Shown: piece after piece, positions 1-11,766 of the stretch
Layout of the letters: each line of letters begins with the position of its first letter
How positions within the stretch are numbered: the stretch's first letter is position 1
Source: Eledone cirrhosa
Lineage: Eukaryota
Assembly (NCBI GenBank): GCA_964016885.1
Contig: OZ024741.1
Coordinates: forward strand, 208,134,001-208,198,000
Direction of reading: 5' to 3'
Length of the DNA: 64,000 bases
Translations under genes and position numbers: made by a program
The notes under the pieces: generated by a model
The model's database searches: none
The model's input: only the letters and a program-made list of their open reading frames with translations
What the model was told of the DNA's origin: nothing

Positions 1-523
1 ATTTATTCTCTATTTATTATTTTCTGTTTTCTTCATTTTATTGCCTTCTATTTCTTCATATACATGGCATACCCCCCCACACACACACGCACACACCCAC
101 ATACACCCACACATACACACACACCCACCATCACCACCACGGGAGATGGTGGCAGGAGGGATGAAGAAACACACACAGATACTTCTAAATTGTCAGCAGC
201 AGCAAGACATAAGCTGACCACAAAACCAACAACACTACCAACATAAGAATAGAGGTCAGATGTACCTAACAATAACAAGAACAACAACTAGAGATTGGCT
301 TGCCTCAGAACGAATTTCTATAGACTTATGACTGAGGAATGTTCTAACAACTGACTAATGAGAGGAGAAGAGGCCCTTTGACGCTGAAATTTGTTTGTTT
401 AAATTCATATGGTTCCAGTAAAATAACAAAATAACCACCCAACCAGGAACTGGGCATATCAGACTATTGACAACGTTATACACCTCAACAACATGTGTAC
501 TCGTCTCTACCACACTAATTCGG

Positions 524-578
524 ACTGCCTGAAGAGGTCACAGCCAAAGATGGCTGTCACCGAAATATAAATAGCAGT
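524..578 (+). ncRNA. Type I hammerhead ribozyme (Penelope-like pLTR type)
   Basis: ACTGC-CTGAAGA-GGTCACAGCCA/TGGCTGTCACC (stem II)-GAAA-TATAAA-TA-GCAGT. Stem I ACTGC/GCAGT is perfect; AATAAA follows immediately and (TA)n about 55 nt later. Confidence 0.85.
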
Positions 579-629
579 AATAAACGAAGCCAAATTTTAA
601 ACATTTGACTTATTTATTTTATTTTATTT

Positions 630-731
<102 letters not shown>

Positions 732-951
732 GGGATAACAAGTTATAGTTGTAGGTAATCCACTTAGAGGTAGTCCAGTTAGAGTATTCCGTGTTGTGGA
801 TGGTTTTAACGTATGGCTTAGTTTGACTCAACAAGACGCTTCCATAGTGATGCAGCGAGTTCGCGGTGATTTCTATGTAGGTTATACTTGAGTAATAATA
901 ATTCAAGAAATAAGAGTCACATGGTTGGCTGTTCAATAAGGTCTTTATTCA

Positions 952-1059
952 CAGTGCTGACAATTGTTTCGTTGATCTGGTCGGTCTAGAGCTAGCTAAT
1001 CGCTTGGTGTTGCATCAATCGATCTCCAATACTTTGTTTACAACCAGTCAATACACCAG
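952..1059 (-). ncRNA. Decayed hammerhead motif
   Basis: Minus strand ...GTTG...CAAC-GAAA-CAATTG-TC-AGCACTG then AATAAA. Stem III is palindromic (ACAATTGT), but the CUGANGA box is degenerate (TTGACTG). Confidence 0.4.
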
Positions 1060-1094
1060 AGTACGTGGATATGAGGATGATATTCATGGCATGG

Positions 1095-1130
<36 letters not shown>

Positions 1131-1133
<3 letters not shown>

Positions 1134-2234
1134 CACCCCAAACACTAAATTGGGATTATACTTACGTATATCCTAATGTTTGTTGAGTGGGATGGTTACC
1201 AGTCGGAGTTTAGCTTAAAGCTTTCTCTGTTATTGTATTAAATATTTTACTCTTGATTTGGCCAGAGATTTATATTTCCAGATGCCTTATAAACGTAACT
1301 TTCCGTATTTATTACTGTTATGAGATATTGTTTGTTATTTAGGTATCACTTCTCTGTTTTTAGCCTAAGAAAATATCTATATGCGTGTGTAATTAATACA
1401 TGCATACATTTATTTTTTAAAAATTAATTGAGTTCTTAACACGCAGGATTGATAATGTTTTTGAAAAAACTAATTAACCCACGTGTATTAAATATTTTAC
1501 TCTTAATTTGGCCAGAGATTTATATTTCCAGATTCCTTTTAAACGTAACTTTCCGTATTTATTACTGTTATGAGATATTGTTTGTTATTTAGGTATCACT
1601 TCTCTGTTTTTAGCCTAAGAAAATATCTATATGCGTGTGTAATTAATACATGTATACATTTATTTTTTAAAAATTAATTGAGTTCTTTACACGCAGGATT
1701 GATAATGTTTTTGAAAAAACTAATTAACCCACGTGTATATTATTTTACTTTTCCTGTGACTCGCGATTGTCTCCCTTTTTCCGCTTCGTGACGCTATGAT
1801 ATTTCCTCAGTCTAAAGACTGCTGGAATTTCAAATTTGGCGGTCATTCGATGCGTGAAGGGATGACTTAGCGGACACGAAAAATAACTGCTGTAAGAAAA
1901 TGTTTTCTTATATCAAAGTTTAATGGGCATCTACTGATGATTTATAAGTGCCCACCTACATATATTCTTACAGGAAAATATGTTAGGCTTATACATAAAC
2001 TGGAAACATTCTCCCAACTTGTAGAAAACTTATAATGAAACAATTGTTTGGAAAGAGAGATATATTTTTATTTTAATTATATCTCATATAAAATAATACA
2101 ACTGGCTTTCCACAAAATACATATAGTTAGCACCCCAAACACTAAATTGGGATTATACTTACGTATATCCTAATGTTTGTTGAGTGAGATTGTTACCAGT
2201 CGGAGTTTAGCTTAAAGCTTTCTCTGTTATTGTA

Positions 2235-2237
<3 letters not shown>
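1131..2237. mobile_element. (TA)n-flanked non-coding element with ~110-bp terminal direct repeats and an internal ~250-bp tandem duplication
   Basis: 1131-1239 matches 2128-2237 (TAGCACCCCAAACACTAAATTGGG...); 1234-1484 matches 1485-1738; (TA)n on both sides. Confidence 0.7.
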
Positions 2238-2320
<83 letters not shown>

Positions 2321-2391
2321 CATACATATATGTGTTTGTGCATACAACAATAAAAAAAAACAGAAGTCAGGCGTAGGCAGATAGTTAATTC

Positions 2392-2527
2392 ATTGTTTTA
2401 CGATCGTTTCGGAGGGTCGATTGATAATTGGAGCTTGATGTATCGACTAGCATGGTAGTGGTTAAGTTACTACCTATTTCTAGTTTCAAAATCCCTGTTC
2501 TATCGACCGTCTTCGGCCGATTAAACA
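2392..2527 (-). ncRNA. Decayed hammerhead, GAAACGATCGTA family with long stem II
   Basis: Minus strand CCGAAGA-CGGTCGAT...ATCGACC-CTCC-GAAA-CGATCG-TA-AAACA. Same 3' signature as 27084 and 49151; U4 is mutated. Confidence 0.45.
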
Positions 2528-2980
2528 GGGATCTTGAGGCCTGAAGTATGTAGTAAGTTAACCACTACCAGATATAATTTATATATTTAAAGCTTTCTTA
2601 AATCTATAAGCTAGTTCTCCTCTGGGGCTAGTATCGATGAACACACAGACACACACAAACGCATACATAAACATACACGCATGAATAAGAAGGCATATAT
2701 AAATATACAAAAAACACAGGAGCACACGTATATATACTCATACACACTTCCATAAATGATTCACGAAACACGCACATACACACATAAAAAGGAGAAATAA
2801 TATTAATGACACGCACACCCATGAACTACACCCCATCTGCACTCATAACAGTAGTGAATGACCGGAACACTCTATGTGACCCCCCTCCCCAATCATGCAC
2901 AAAGAACTACTTGCCTGCCCTCCAAACTCATCCTACTTTTTCCACCCTTCCAATCACCTCTTTTCCTGAACTTTATTCTT

Positions 2981-3013
2981 TCCCGATGAACGACTAACAT
3001 CCGATACGTTGAA
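2981..3013 (+). ncRNA. Mini-hammerhead variant (GATA instead of GAAA)
   Basis: CCGATGAACGACTAACATCCGATACGTTGA, homologous to 22803 and 23487 and to the canonical 3896/4311 motifs. Confidence 0.4.
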
Positions 3014-3485
3014 ATATATTTTATTTTCCTTTTCCAACAAGAGTGAAACTCATTAGGATTTGTGTTATTGTACCTATGTGTACGTCTTGTTTATCTTGAC
3101 ACACGCTCCCTTATATTAACATACTTTTGCTCACACCTTCGTACTTACAAGCACACAAACATTCGTTTACTTACATATACACACACACATATCCTCTTAG
3201 TTTCGTACGGATGTATAATAACACACACACACAGTACACAAACACACATTCACACACATACGCACGCGCACGCGTATAGCTCTTTATACAAAACGTTTTT
3301 TTTCCATTTCAGGTAGACGCGCTCCATCATCCACTTTTCTAAAAAAAAGTACATCATACACAAACAAAACGCCAGCATCAACAGTTTTCCAAGAGATGGT
3401 AACATGAATGGACCTGGTATTTTTCTCTAAATACATTTTTCCGATTCCCTGCCCGTCTCTCAATCTTTCTAATTTCTCATTCTTT

Positions 3486-3519
3486 CTTCTGATGAAGGAC
3501 TATCATCCAAAACGTTAAG
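3486..3519 (+). ncRNA. Mini-hammerhead (G12 mutated to A)
   Basis: CTT-CTGATGA-A-GGACTATCATCC-AAAA-CGTT-AAG. Confidence 0.55.
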
Positions 3520-3652
3520 TTCCTCTATCTGCTTTTTCAAGCATTATACTAATATATTCCTTCCATATACTGTACCGGTGGTGTTGTTATATCTGTTTAC
3601 CTTCTACACACACAGACAGACACAGACACACACACACACACACACACACACG

Positions 3653-3774
<122 letters not shown>

Positions 3775-3895
3775 TAGATAGATAGATAGATACCTGTGTG
3801 TGTGTATATAAAAGATAAACAGAAATATCAACACAATCGGTACAGTATATGGCAGGAATATATTAGGTTAACGCTTGAAATAGTAGGAAGAAGGC

Positions 3896-3930
3896 CTTAA
3901 TGTTTCGGACGTTAGTCCTTCATCAGAAGA
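3896..3930 (-). ncRNA. Mini-hammerhead
   Basis: Minus strand CTT-CTGATGA-A-GGA CTAACG TCC-GAAA-CATT-AAG. Confidence 0.7.
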
Positions 3931-4310
3931 AAGAATGAGAAATAAGATAGATTGAAGGGACGGGCGGGGTGTAATTGGATAAAATGTCTTTAGATACTAG
4001 GGTGGGAGTGAAACATAGACGGATGAGAAGAAGAAGGTGGTGTAAGAAGATTTAGTAGAGGAAAAGTGATGAAGAGTCGTGATATATTAAAATGCAAGAA
4101 GCAAATAAAATTTCAGTGATACGAAAGACTTTCTGGTGGAAGTTCAGGTATATTCCGGGTTGATATCCAGTTTTGGGGTGAAAATCCAATTTGAGAGGTC
4201 ACGTAAGCGTTGATATATACAATGTAAAAGGTAAACAGAAATAACAACACAATCGGTACAGTATATGGAAGGAATATATTAAGTTAACGCTTGAAATAGC
4301 AGGAAGAGGG

Positions 4311-4345
4311 TCTGAACGTTTCGGACGCTAGTCCTTCATCAGAAG
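4311..4345 (-). ncRNA. Mini-hammerhead
   Basis: Minus strand CTT-CTGATGA-A-GGA CTAGCG TCC-GAAA-CGTTC-AGA; palindromic AACGTT stem III. Confidence 0.75.
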
Positions 4346-4551
4346 AAAGAATGAGAAATTAGATAGATTGAAGGGACGGGCGGGATATATATATATATAT
4401 AGTCCTACTCATGCTAGCGTGGAAGATGGACGTTAAACGATGATGATAATGATCATCATCATCACATATATATATATTATGTTAAGGCATAATTACATAT
4501 TTAATATGTATGATGATCATGTTTCTCAATAAATAATCACACACACACACA

Positions 4552-4620
<69 letters not shown>

Positions 4621-4631
4621 GCACACACACA

Positions 4632-4731
<100 letters not shown>

Positions 4732-5198
4732 CTAGCAGATTTACCCAGCGTTCCCCGGCCTTTGAAAATCCCATAAGGATTTATGGGTTTGCTGACACAG
4801 GCATGTGACTTAGAAGAAAATCGATGCTCGCTTAAGAGCCTTGTAGTGTAGAGAATAAACACCTACAATGTTGTCGCGAGTGACAAAAAATGTGCAAGCT
4901 ACAGCTGAAAAGTTGTAGGTCCCAACAGTTTAAATGGAAAGTCCCATAAGGATTTTGTTTTGATTGATTTCTACCACTCTGATTGATTTCATGCACTTTA
5001 GAAAAAATAATTTTGCTATCGATTTTTTATTGCTCAAGGTGGGTCGATTTGAAAAATGTGTGTGATGTGACCATCTTAACGACAGGTGCAACGTACACAG
5101 AACATTTTTTATCAAATTCGGTTGGGAATTGTAAAAGCCTTATCTGTCCATGTTGTCTACAGACACACACATATACTCGCTTTTATATATATAGAAGA
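4732..5198 (-). mobile_element. Non-autonomous Helitron
   Basis: Minus strand starts A|TCTTCTATATATATAAAA and ends with a GC hairpin (CCGGGGAACGCTGGG) followed by CTAG|T, the canonical Helitron termini. Confidence 0.7.
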
Positions 5199-5491
5199 TA
5201 TAGATTTCTGTAGACGTTGTAGTTGCGCGTAGTCCCTGGCAGTGTTACATGAGGATTGAGGATAAACCAGATGTGAGGTGGGATGTGTGAGCTATAGGGA
5301 ACTGAAAGGAAGAAACAATATTTGGATCAAATGATCAACATAAAACTTGTTAAATCGGTCACGGTTTTCGGAAATAATACGTGTTTCTGTGCATGGGTCG
5401 TAGTGATGAAACTGTACAGTTCGGAGTATTTTCTTCTTTTTTTTTTGTTACCACGCAAATCCATTTATCTACTATGTAACATATTGTGTTC

Positions 5492-5687
5492 ACTCTTTTA
5501 CAACCTTGCCACCAGGAAGGTGGCCGGTCAAAAATGTACTCGCAATTAGGAGAAAGAGAAACATACATACAACAAATGTACACACACACACACATTAATT
5601 ATAACGAGCCAGACAATTAGATTTCGCCTAGGATCACCGTTTTCTATTCACTCCATGATTTTCTAATTGTCTGGCTCGTTATAATTA

Positions 5688-5755
<68 letters not shown>

Positions 5756-5838
5756 ATTTGTTGTATGTATGTTTCTCTTTCTCCTAATTTCGAGTACACT
5801 TTTGACCGGCCACCCTCCTGGTGGGAAGGTTGTAAAAG
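5492..5838. repeat. Inverted repeat: two RLE-element 3' UTRs tail-to-tail, each ending in (CA)n
   Basis: 5492-5620 is the reverse complement of 5662-5838 (the CA tract length differs); 41-nt spacer. Confidence 0.85.
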
Positions 5839-6600
5839 AAAAGAAATTGTCATCCCTTGAATCGCAAGAATGTTTTGCAAATGTTGAAGGTGCTAGCTAC
5901 CGCAGCCATTCGTAGTCTATGAATTAGAGAGCTGCATTCTTTGTCCACAAATCCGAGCTCAGTTATACTTTGGTCCAAGCGGGTTGGTATATACAAGAGA
6001 AGGAGGATATCTACGGACCATTGATGAGGAGTTTAATGATGATTATAATGTTGTTAATGACAATTATGGCTACGATAATGACGATAATAGTGAGGATCTT
6101 AACGATGATGGTGATGATCATGATGATGTTAATCATTATAATGATGGGTATGAAGTTGAAGGTGTATCTTGGATACTGGATCTGCAATCTCCTCATCAAT
6201 GGTCCGTAGATATCCTCCTTCTCTTGTATTTTTCTTACGACGTTGACATCAAGTGGGCAGCTGATCTCTCAAACAGAGCACGTTTTCAATGTGTGGTCCC
6301 AAACAACAATATCAGGCCGGTTGAGCTTTAATTTGGTGCAGTATTCTTTAATGCCATCTATCTGAACATATTCCTCCTCATTTATTTTTAATTTTGTTTT
6401 CCTAAGCGCGCTCCAGATGTAAGTATGTATTCCAATATCCAGGTGCCTACATTTCCGCCCATGTCCCACTCAACAACGCAATCCATATTCTCTTTGGCTA
6501 ATACTTACTTTCTCACAGATGAATTATCTTCTTACGTAAATGTAGATTCTTCGTCAGTTCGACGAGGCTGTTAAGTCATATTTCTTCCTATCTCTGGCTT
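5752..6600 (-). mobile_element. 3' remnant of a non-LTR retrotransposon with a restriction-like endonuclease (RLE)
   Basis: Minus-strand translation NRPDIVVWDHTLKTCSV*EISCPLDVNVVRKIQEKEDIYGPLMR...YIPTRLDQSITELGF...NICKTFLRFKG* matches the PD..(D/E)xK RLE C-terminus. Stop at 5850-5852; the 3' UTR runs into (CA)n. Confidence 0.75.
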
Positions 6601-6667
6601 AACATGGATAAAAGTATAGTCAGCAACATGGGTAGGAGTATAGTCTATTGCATGTAACGTTACCAGA

Positions 6668-6855
6668 CCGGCAGTATCGGTGGAGGGTAGGACGCCATGC
6701 TTTCCAGCATAGTTACGTCCCTTTACGGTCTGAGTTCAAATCCCGTCGAGGTTAACTTTGCCTTTCATCATTACGGGGTCGATAAAATGAAGTACCAGTA
6801 ATGTACTGGTTGATTGCTGGTCTTCTGCCAAAAGTAGAAACAATTATTCTTATTC
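6668..6855 (+). mobile_element. tRNA-derived SINE fragment
   Basis: B-box GAGTTCAAATCC followed by CTTTGCCTTTCATC...GGGGTCGATAAAA...GTACCAGT; same family at 15825, 22880, 45733 and 54384. Confidence 0.7.
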
Positions 6856-7432
6856 GCAACAACTGGAAGTACTGTATTAATGTAGAATATAGTGTTTTAG
6901 CCAGAATCACAGCGAATTGTCTGATGAACATGTTCAATTTATCTATTCAACCACAGTTAAGTGTATATAAATGGCGGTGGCGGTGGTGGAAGTGGGGTGG
7001 TGATGACGATTATAATGTTCTTAATGACAATAATGACGACGATAATAACGATAATAGTGAGGATCTTACGATGATGATAATGTTAATCATGGTAAAGATA
7101 ACTACGGCGAAGAGAAAGTTGATGCTGATGAAACCAGTCAGACAGACAGTTACATTGAGCTGGTAGGCTTGGTTGTGGTGTCTATCTGTCTGTTTCTACC
7201 GTGAAATTTGAACATCTGGTGTTACCCGCCACGACTATGGCCATGACAATTCCCCATCATCACCACTACAACCATATCTACGACTACGAGCAACAGCAGC
7301 AGCAGCAGCAACAGCAGCAACAGAGAATATCTACTTTTTGCTTGTTTTATATATCTCATCATTATTTATTCAACTATCCACACACACCACACACACACAC
7401 ATATATACACACACACACACATATATATATAT

Positions 7433-7484
<52 letters not shown>

Positions 7485-7669
7485 ATATAATATATAACTT
7501 TAAAGGTAAAGAATGGTAGAACACACAAGAGAACGTAGAAAACAAAGTAGGAAAGTTAGAAAATAAAGCCTTAGCGAAAATCAACCCGACATAATGGATT
7601 TGAAATCGTTATCGTTTGATTCGAAAAGTTTCCAATATATATATATTATAAATATATATATGAATTGGA

Positions 7670-7757
7670 TTCGCAATGGTGAGGTTGTGAGTTCGATTCC
7701 TGGACCAGGCGATGCGTTATGTCCTTGAGCAAGACACTTTATTTCACGTTGCTCCTT
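7670..7757 (+). mobile_element. tRNA-derived SINE fragment (second family)
   Basis: B-box GAGTTCGATTCC followed by the common SINE body motif GTCCTTGAGCAAGACACTT. Confidence 0.65.
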
Positions 7758-7959
7758 CTACCTGGAGTTGCGAACGATAGATAGTATTAGCAATTGGAAA
7801 GACCAACGGAAACATTGTTTCCTCGGTCCGATTTGACGAAAGTCGATCGATCCTTTATATATATTTAACGAAGGAAATGTGGTAAGGAACCAGGTGGACC
7901 ATAGCGCACCAAAGTACTCAATATTTAGGGTAGTAGAGTGGGTAATAGGAACAAGTAGG

Positions 7960-8055
7960 ACACCGACGGCTGAGCTCAAGCCGTTTCGACGGCTAATTCT
8001 GGACTAAATGAAAATGTTTATCCTGGTAAATGAATAGCCGAACTTCTCAGGGGGT
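7960..8055 (-). ncRNA. Hammerhead with CUGAGAA core (inverted copy)
   Basis: Reverse complement of 9284-9379 with the same core; stem II CGGCTA/TAGCCG is intact. Confidence 0.65.
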
Positions 8056-9283
8056 AATTCCATATATGGTAAAAGTGATTGTCACAAGGATTGGTCAAAA
8101 GTTTGTTGTTAAGACACATGATTCTATCATGGCATTTTGTGGAAGGTGGGGTAGCTGAACTTTCCAGTAGAAGAAAGAGGGAGAAGGAGTGGAGGAAACC
8201 CAGTCAAGCGTTGAAAGTGACAACTACAGAAGATTCTAAGTGTATAGAAGGTCGAAAAAAGTATACTAGAGAAGGGGGGGGGCAGTTGAAACAAAAAGTA
8301 AATATAAATGGAGTAAATATATAGGAAATATAAAAAATATTTTTAAAAATCAATTTCTCGTTACTAGTGCCCTTCCACAATCATCAAATCTCTCACTGGT
8401 ACTGCTAAGCTATAGAAAAGTTTAATAGGTGGGAAGGAATACTAAATACGAGATTGTAGTGAAAGAATTTTATGAGTTAGTAGTAATCGGCCAAATCTAT
8501 CTTACAATGACAGGTCAACAAGTAGAGGGCCAACATACTAAAAAAACTAATACGAAACAATAATTCAGAGTCCCGAAACTAATGCGAAATATTAATTCAG
8601 ATCCCGAAAGATGAATATTAATACGATATATATAAGTACCGCTACAATACATAAATTCTAATACAATCTACATAAATACTCATACAATAAATATAAAAAA
8701 CTAATACATTATATATAAATACTGCTACAATACATAAATTATAATACAATCTACATAAATACTCGTACAATATATATGAAAAACTAATACGAAAAATTAA
8801 TTCAGAATCCCAAAAAATAAATACTGATATACGAGAAACTAAAGCAGAAATACCACTAAGAAAACTAGAAATCACGGAGATGGGGCCGCAACCAGAGAAG
8901 AAAGCAAGTATCTGTGGTCTAGCACATCTGCTATAAAAAGCGGAATCGCCCAATCGTATCATAAAATAAGGGGGGTGGGGTACTGTGGCTACAGAGGACC
9001 GAAGGGCTGCATCGGGGTGGGCGAGAAGGTGAAAAGAACGACGACAAAGAAGGAGATCTGGTGTGGAAGGACTAGGAAGGGATGGGGAAGAAGAAAATAT
9101 AGAGGAAACGATAAAAAATATATTAAAAAAATATAAAAAAAGTTACGTCTACCTTTGTAAGCAGGGGTTACCCCTTACAAAGTCGGCAAGCGGGGTGTTT
9201 CTTCAGCCCTTGTCTACCCCCCCCCCCCCCGGGTCAATTTTTGACCAATCCTTGTGACAATCACTTTTACCATATATGGAATC

Positions 9284-9379
9284 ACCCCCTGAGAAGTTCG
9301 GGTATTTATTTACCAGGATAACAATTTCCATTTAGTCCAGAATTAGCCGTCGAAACGGCTTGGGCTCAGCCGTCGGGGT
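9284..9379 (+). ncRNA. Type I hammerhead with full stem III and CUGAGAA core
   Basis: ACCCC-CTGAGAA-G...TAGCCGTC-GAAA-CGGCT tgggctc AGCCG-TC-GGGGT; GUC triplet, predicted cleavage after 9374. Confidence 0.7.
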
Positions 9380-9397
9380 CCTACTTGTTCCTATATA

Positions 9398-9443
<46 letters not shown>

Positions 9444-10140
9444 CATATATATATGTGTGTGTATATATTTATGATATATATATATATATGATATATATAT
9501 ATATATGATATATATATATATATGATATATATATATATATATAATATATGTAGGAGGTGAGTTTTTTTATTGTAGCACAATAAACAAACTATTTACGTAC
9601 ACATATTAAATTACATAAAAACAAACTTAAACCCTAACTAATTCCTCTAAATTCATAACTCATTCATTCTTCTCCTTTTCACATTATATCCTTAATATCG
9701 TTAATATTTTTAATTTAATAATACATATTAATAAATTCTTTTCTTCGCACATATTATTAAACCCTTCAATATACAAACCTTAATTTAATACTATTCTTAA
9801 TTCCTTTTTCTTCATGCATAAACCTCATTAACTTTTAATTTCAAAATCTTTTAAATTATCTATTATCTTCCAACGGCTTTTTAATTTCTCTCTGTGAGAC
9901 AATATTTTTTTCTCAGTAAAGGTTATCTCTCTCTCTCTATCACCCATCTCTCCTCCTCTCTCATCCTTCCTTCTTATACTCCTCCCCCATCATTCTTTAC
10001 TCTAATTTCTTCCTCTTCCTTACCCCCCCCCCCTCTTACTTTTTCCCAATCTCATACATCAATCTTAATTTATTTTTCCTTTGTTGATTTAAAACTTCAC
10101 TATTCACAAGTGTTTTTTAAGCTTCATATGAACGTCTCCT

Positions 10141-10211
10141 TATTTTATCTGCTGAGAACGCAGATATCATCCCATGATGATATTTGTTTTTGAAATGCGC
10201 ATAATAAAATA
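10141..10211 (+). ncRNA. Type I hammerhead (A6 mutated to C)
   Basis: TATTTTAT-CTGCTGA-GAAC GCAGATATCATC ccat GATGATATTTGT TTTT-GAAA-TGCGCA-TA-ATAAAATA. Stem I is 8 bp, stem II 12 bp, stem III the palindrome ATGCGCAT; (TA)n follows. Confidence 0.8.
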
Positions 10212-10859
10212 CTTGGAACTCTTAACCATATTTTGATCTTATATATATATATATCTATATATATATATATATATATACCACTATGAGTGTGAGGGTGAGT
10301 GTAACTGAGAGAGTGTGTGTGTATGTAAGTGTATATATATATGTAAATATATATGAGTGTGAGTATGTGTGTGTAGTCTTATGTACGAAGCAAGAGTTTT
10401 CTCATAAGGTAGACAAAATAAGGGGTCGGCAGAGGTGAGAGAGAGAGGGAGGGAGAATCAAGGGGTGAAGAAGGAGTCGACCTGGATTCGGGTTGCGGGG
10501 GGGGGGGTAATCTTTCTTGTATGTGTGTATATATATATATGTGTGTGAGAGTGTATGTGTATATGTGTGTGTGTGTATGTATATACATATATGTGTGCAT
10601 GTGTATGTATATATATATATATATGTGTGTGCGTGTGTGTGTGCGTGTGTGTATATGTATATGAAAATGTGTGTGTGTGAATATATGCATATGAATATGT
10701 GTGTGTGTATGCATATATATGTGTATTATATCTGTGTGTGTGTGTGTAGGTACATATATATATGTTTGCGCGTGTGTGTGTGTGTAATGTGTATATATAT
10801 ATATGTGTGTGTGTGTGGGTGTGGGTGACAGAGTAAAGACGGGCCTGTTTTATAATACA

Positions 10860-11766
10860 CTAGCAGTAAAGCCCGGCGTTGCTCGGGGTCGCTCAGTAGC
10901 TGTGTTAAAGTTACAATGTTAAGTTTCTTTCTTGGCTTAAAAACTGTAGTGTCTACTGTGCAGACTTACATGTGGTGTTTTTGATTAATATTCCCTCAAC
11001 CAACAATATGCCTTATGAAGTTAAGAAAACATAACGATAACCCGAATGTTATAACAAAAGAGGATGCTGGGGATAGAAACTGCACTGGTTATTTATTAAC
11101 AAAGATCGAAAATGTAAACACTGCAACGCAGAGAAAAACATTAGCGTAACCAAATTATCAGTTATGTCTGTCTGCACGCCTATATCACCTCTCTGCACGA
11201 CTGTCTGTCTGCACGCCTATATCACCTCTCTGCACGACTGTCTGTCTGCACGCCTATATCACCTCTCTGCACGACTGTCTGTCTGCACGCGTATATCACC
11301 TCTCTGCACGACTGTCTGTCTGCACGACTGTCTGTCTGCACGCCTAACGACGAAATATTTGCTTGTTTTACGTAGTCTTTAAATAGACTTGTTTTCAAGT
11401 AAAAATATTGTTTTAAAATGCTTTTAAATGGAAATGAAGCAAAACGGAAGCTTAGTGTTCAACTGTTCGTGTATTGTGTTAATGTCATTTTAAACGCTGA
11501 GAAAGCCAGCGTAATTTTTTACGTAAGACGCTCAATGTAAACAGAACAAAGGGAAATAACTGATAACTTACGCTCAAAAATCGATACATTATATTCGATT
11601 TCGTCACATAGGGTGGGTCAATTTGAAATATTTTTTTTCCGATGTCTTCGCTAGGGCTCAATGTACAAGTATAGCAATTTCGGTGCAATTCCGTGAGAGA
11701 TTCTAAGAGGAGATGTGTGCCAAAAATCGATAGACAGACAGACAACCACAGTTTTATATATATAGA
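10860..11766 (-). mobile_element. Non-autonomous Helitron with internal minisatellite
   Basis: Minus strand A|TCTATATATATAAAA ... CCCGAGCAACGCCGGG hairpin ... CTAG|T. Confidence 0.8.
11166..11346. repeat. 37-bp minisatellite (~4.5 copies)
   Basis: Unit CTGTCTGTCTGCACGCCTATATCACCTCTCTGCACGA; period of 37 read directly. Confidence 0.95.

Larger units (their letters stand above)
7863..9394. mobile_element. (TA)n-flanked element with 156-bp inverted terminal repeats containing hammerheads (Penelope-like)
   Basis: 7945-8100 is the reverse complement of 9239-9394; partial third copy at 17247-17337. Confidence 0.75.

Noticed and set aside
11166-11346. CRISPR-like 37-bp repeats
   Set aside because: Head-to-tail units without spacers, inside a Helitron in eukaryotic DNA.
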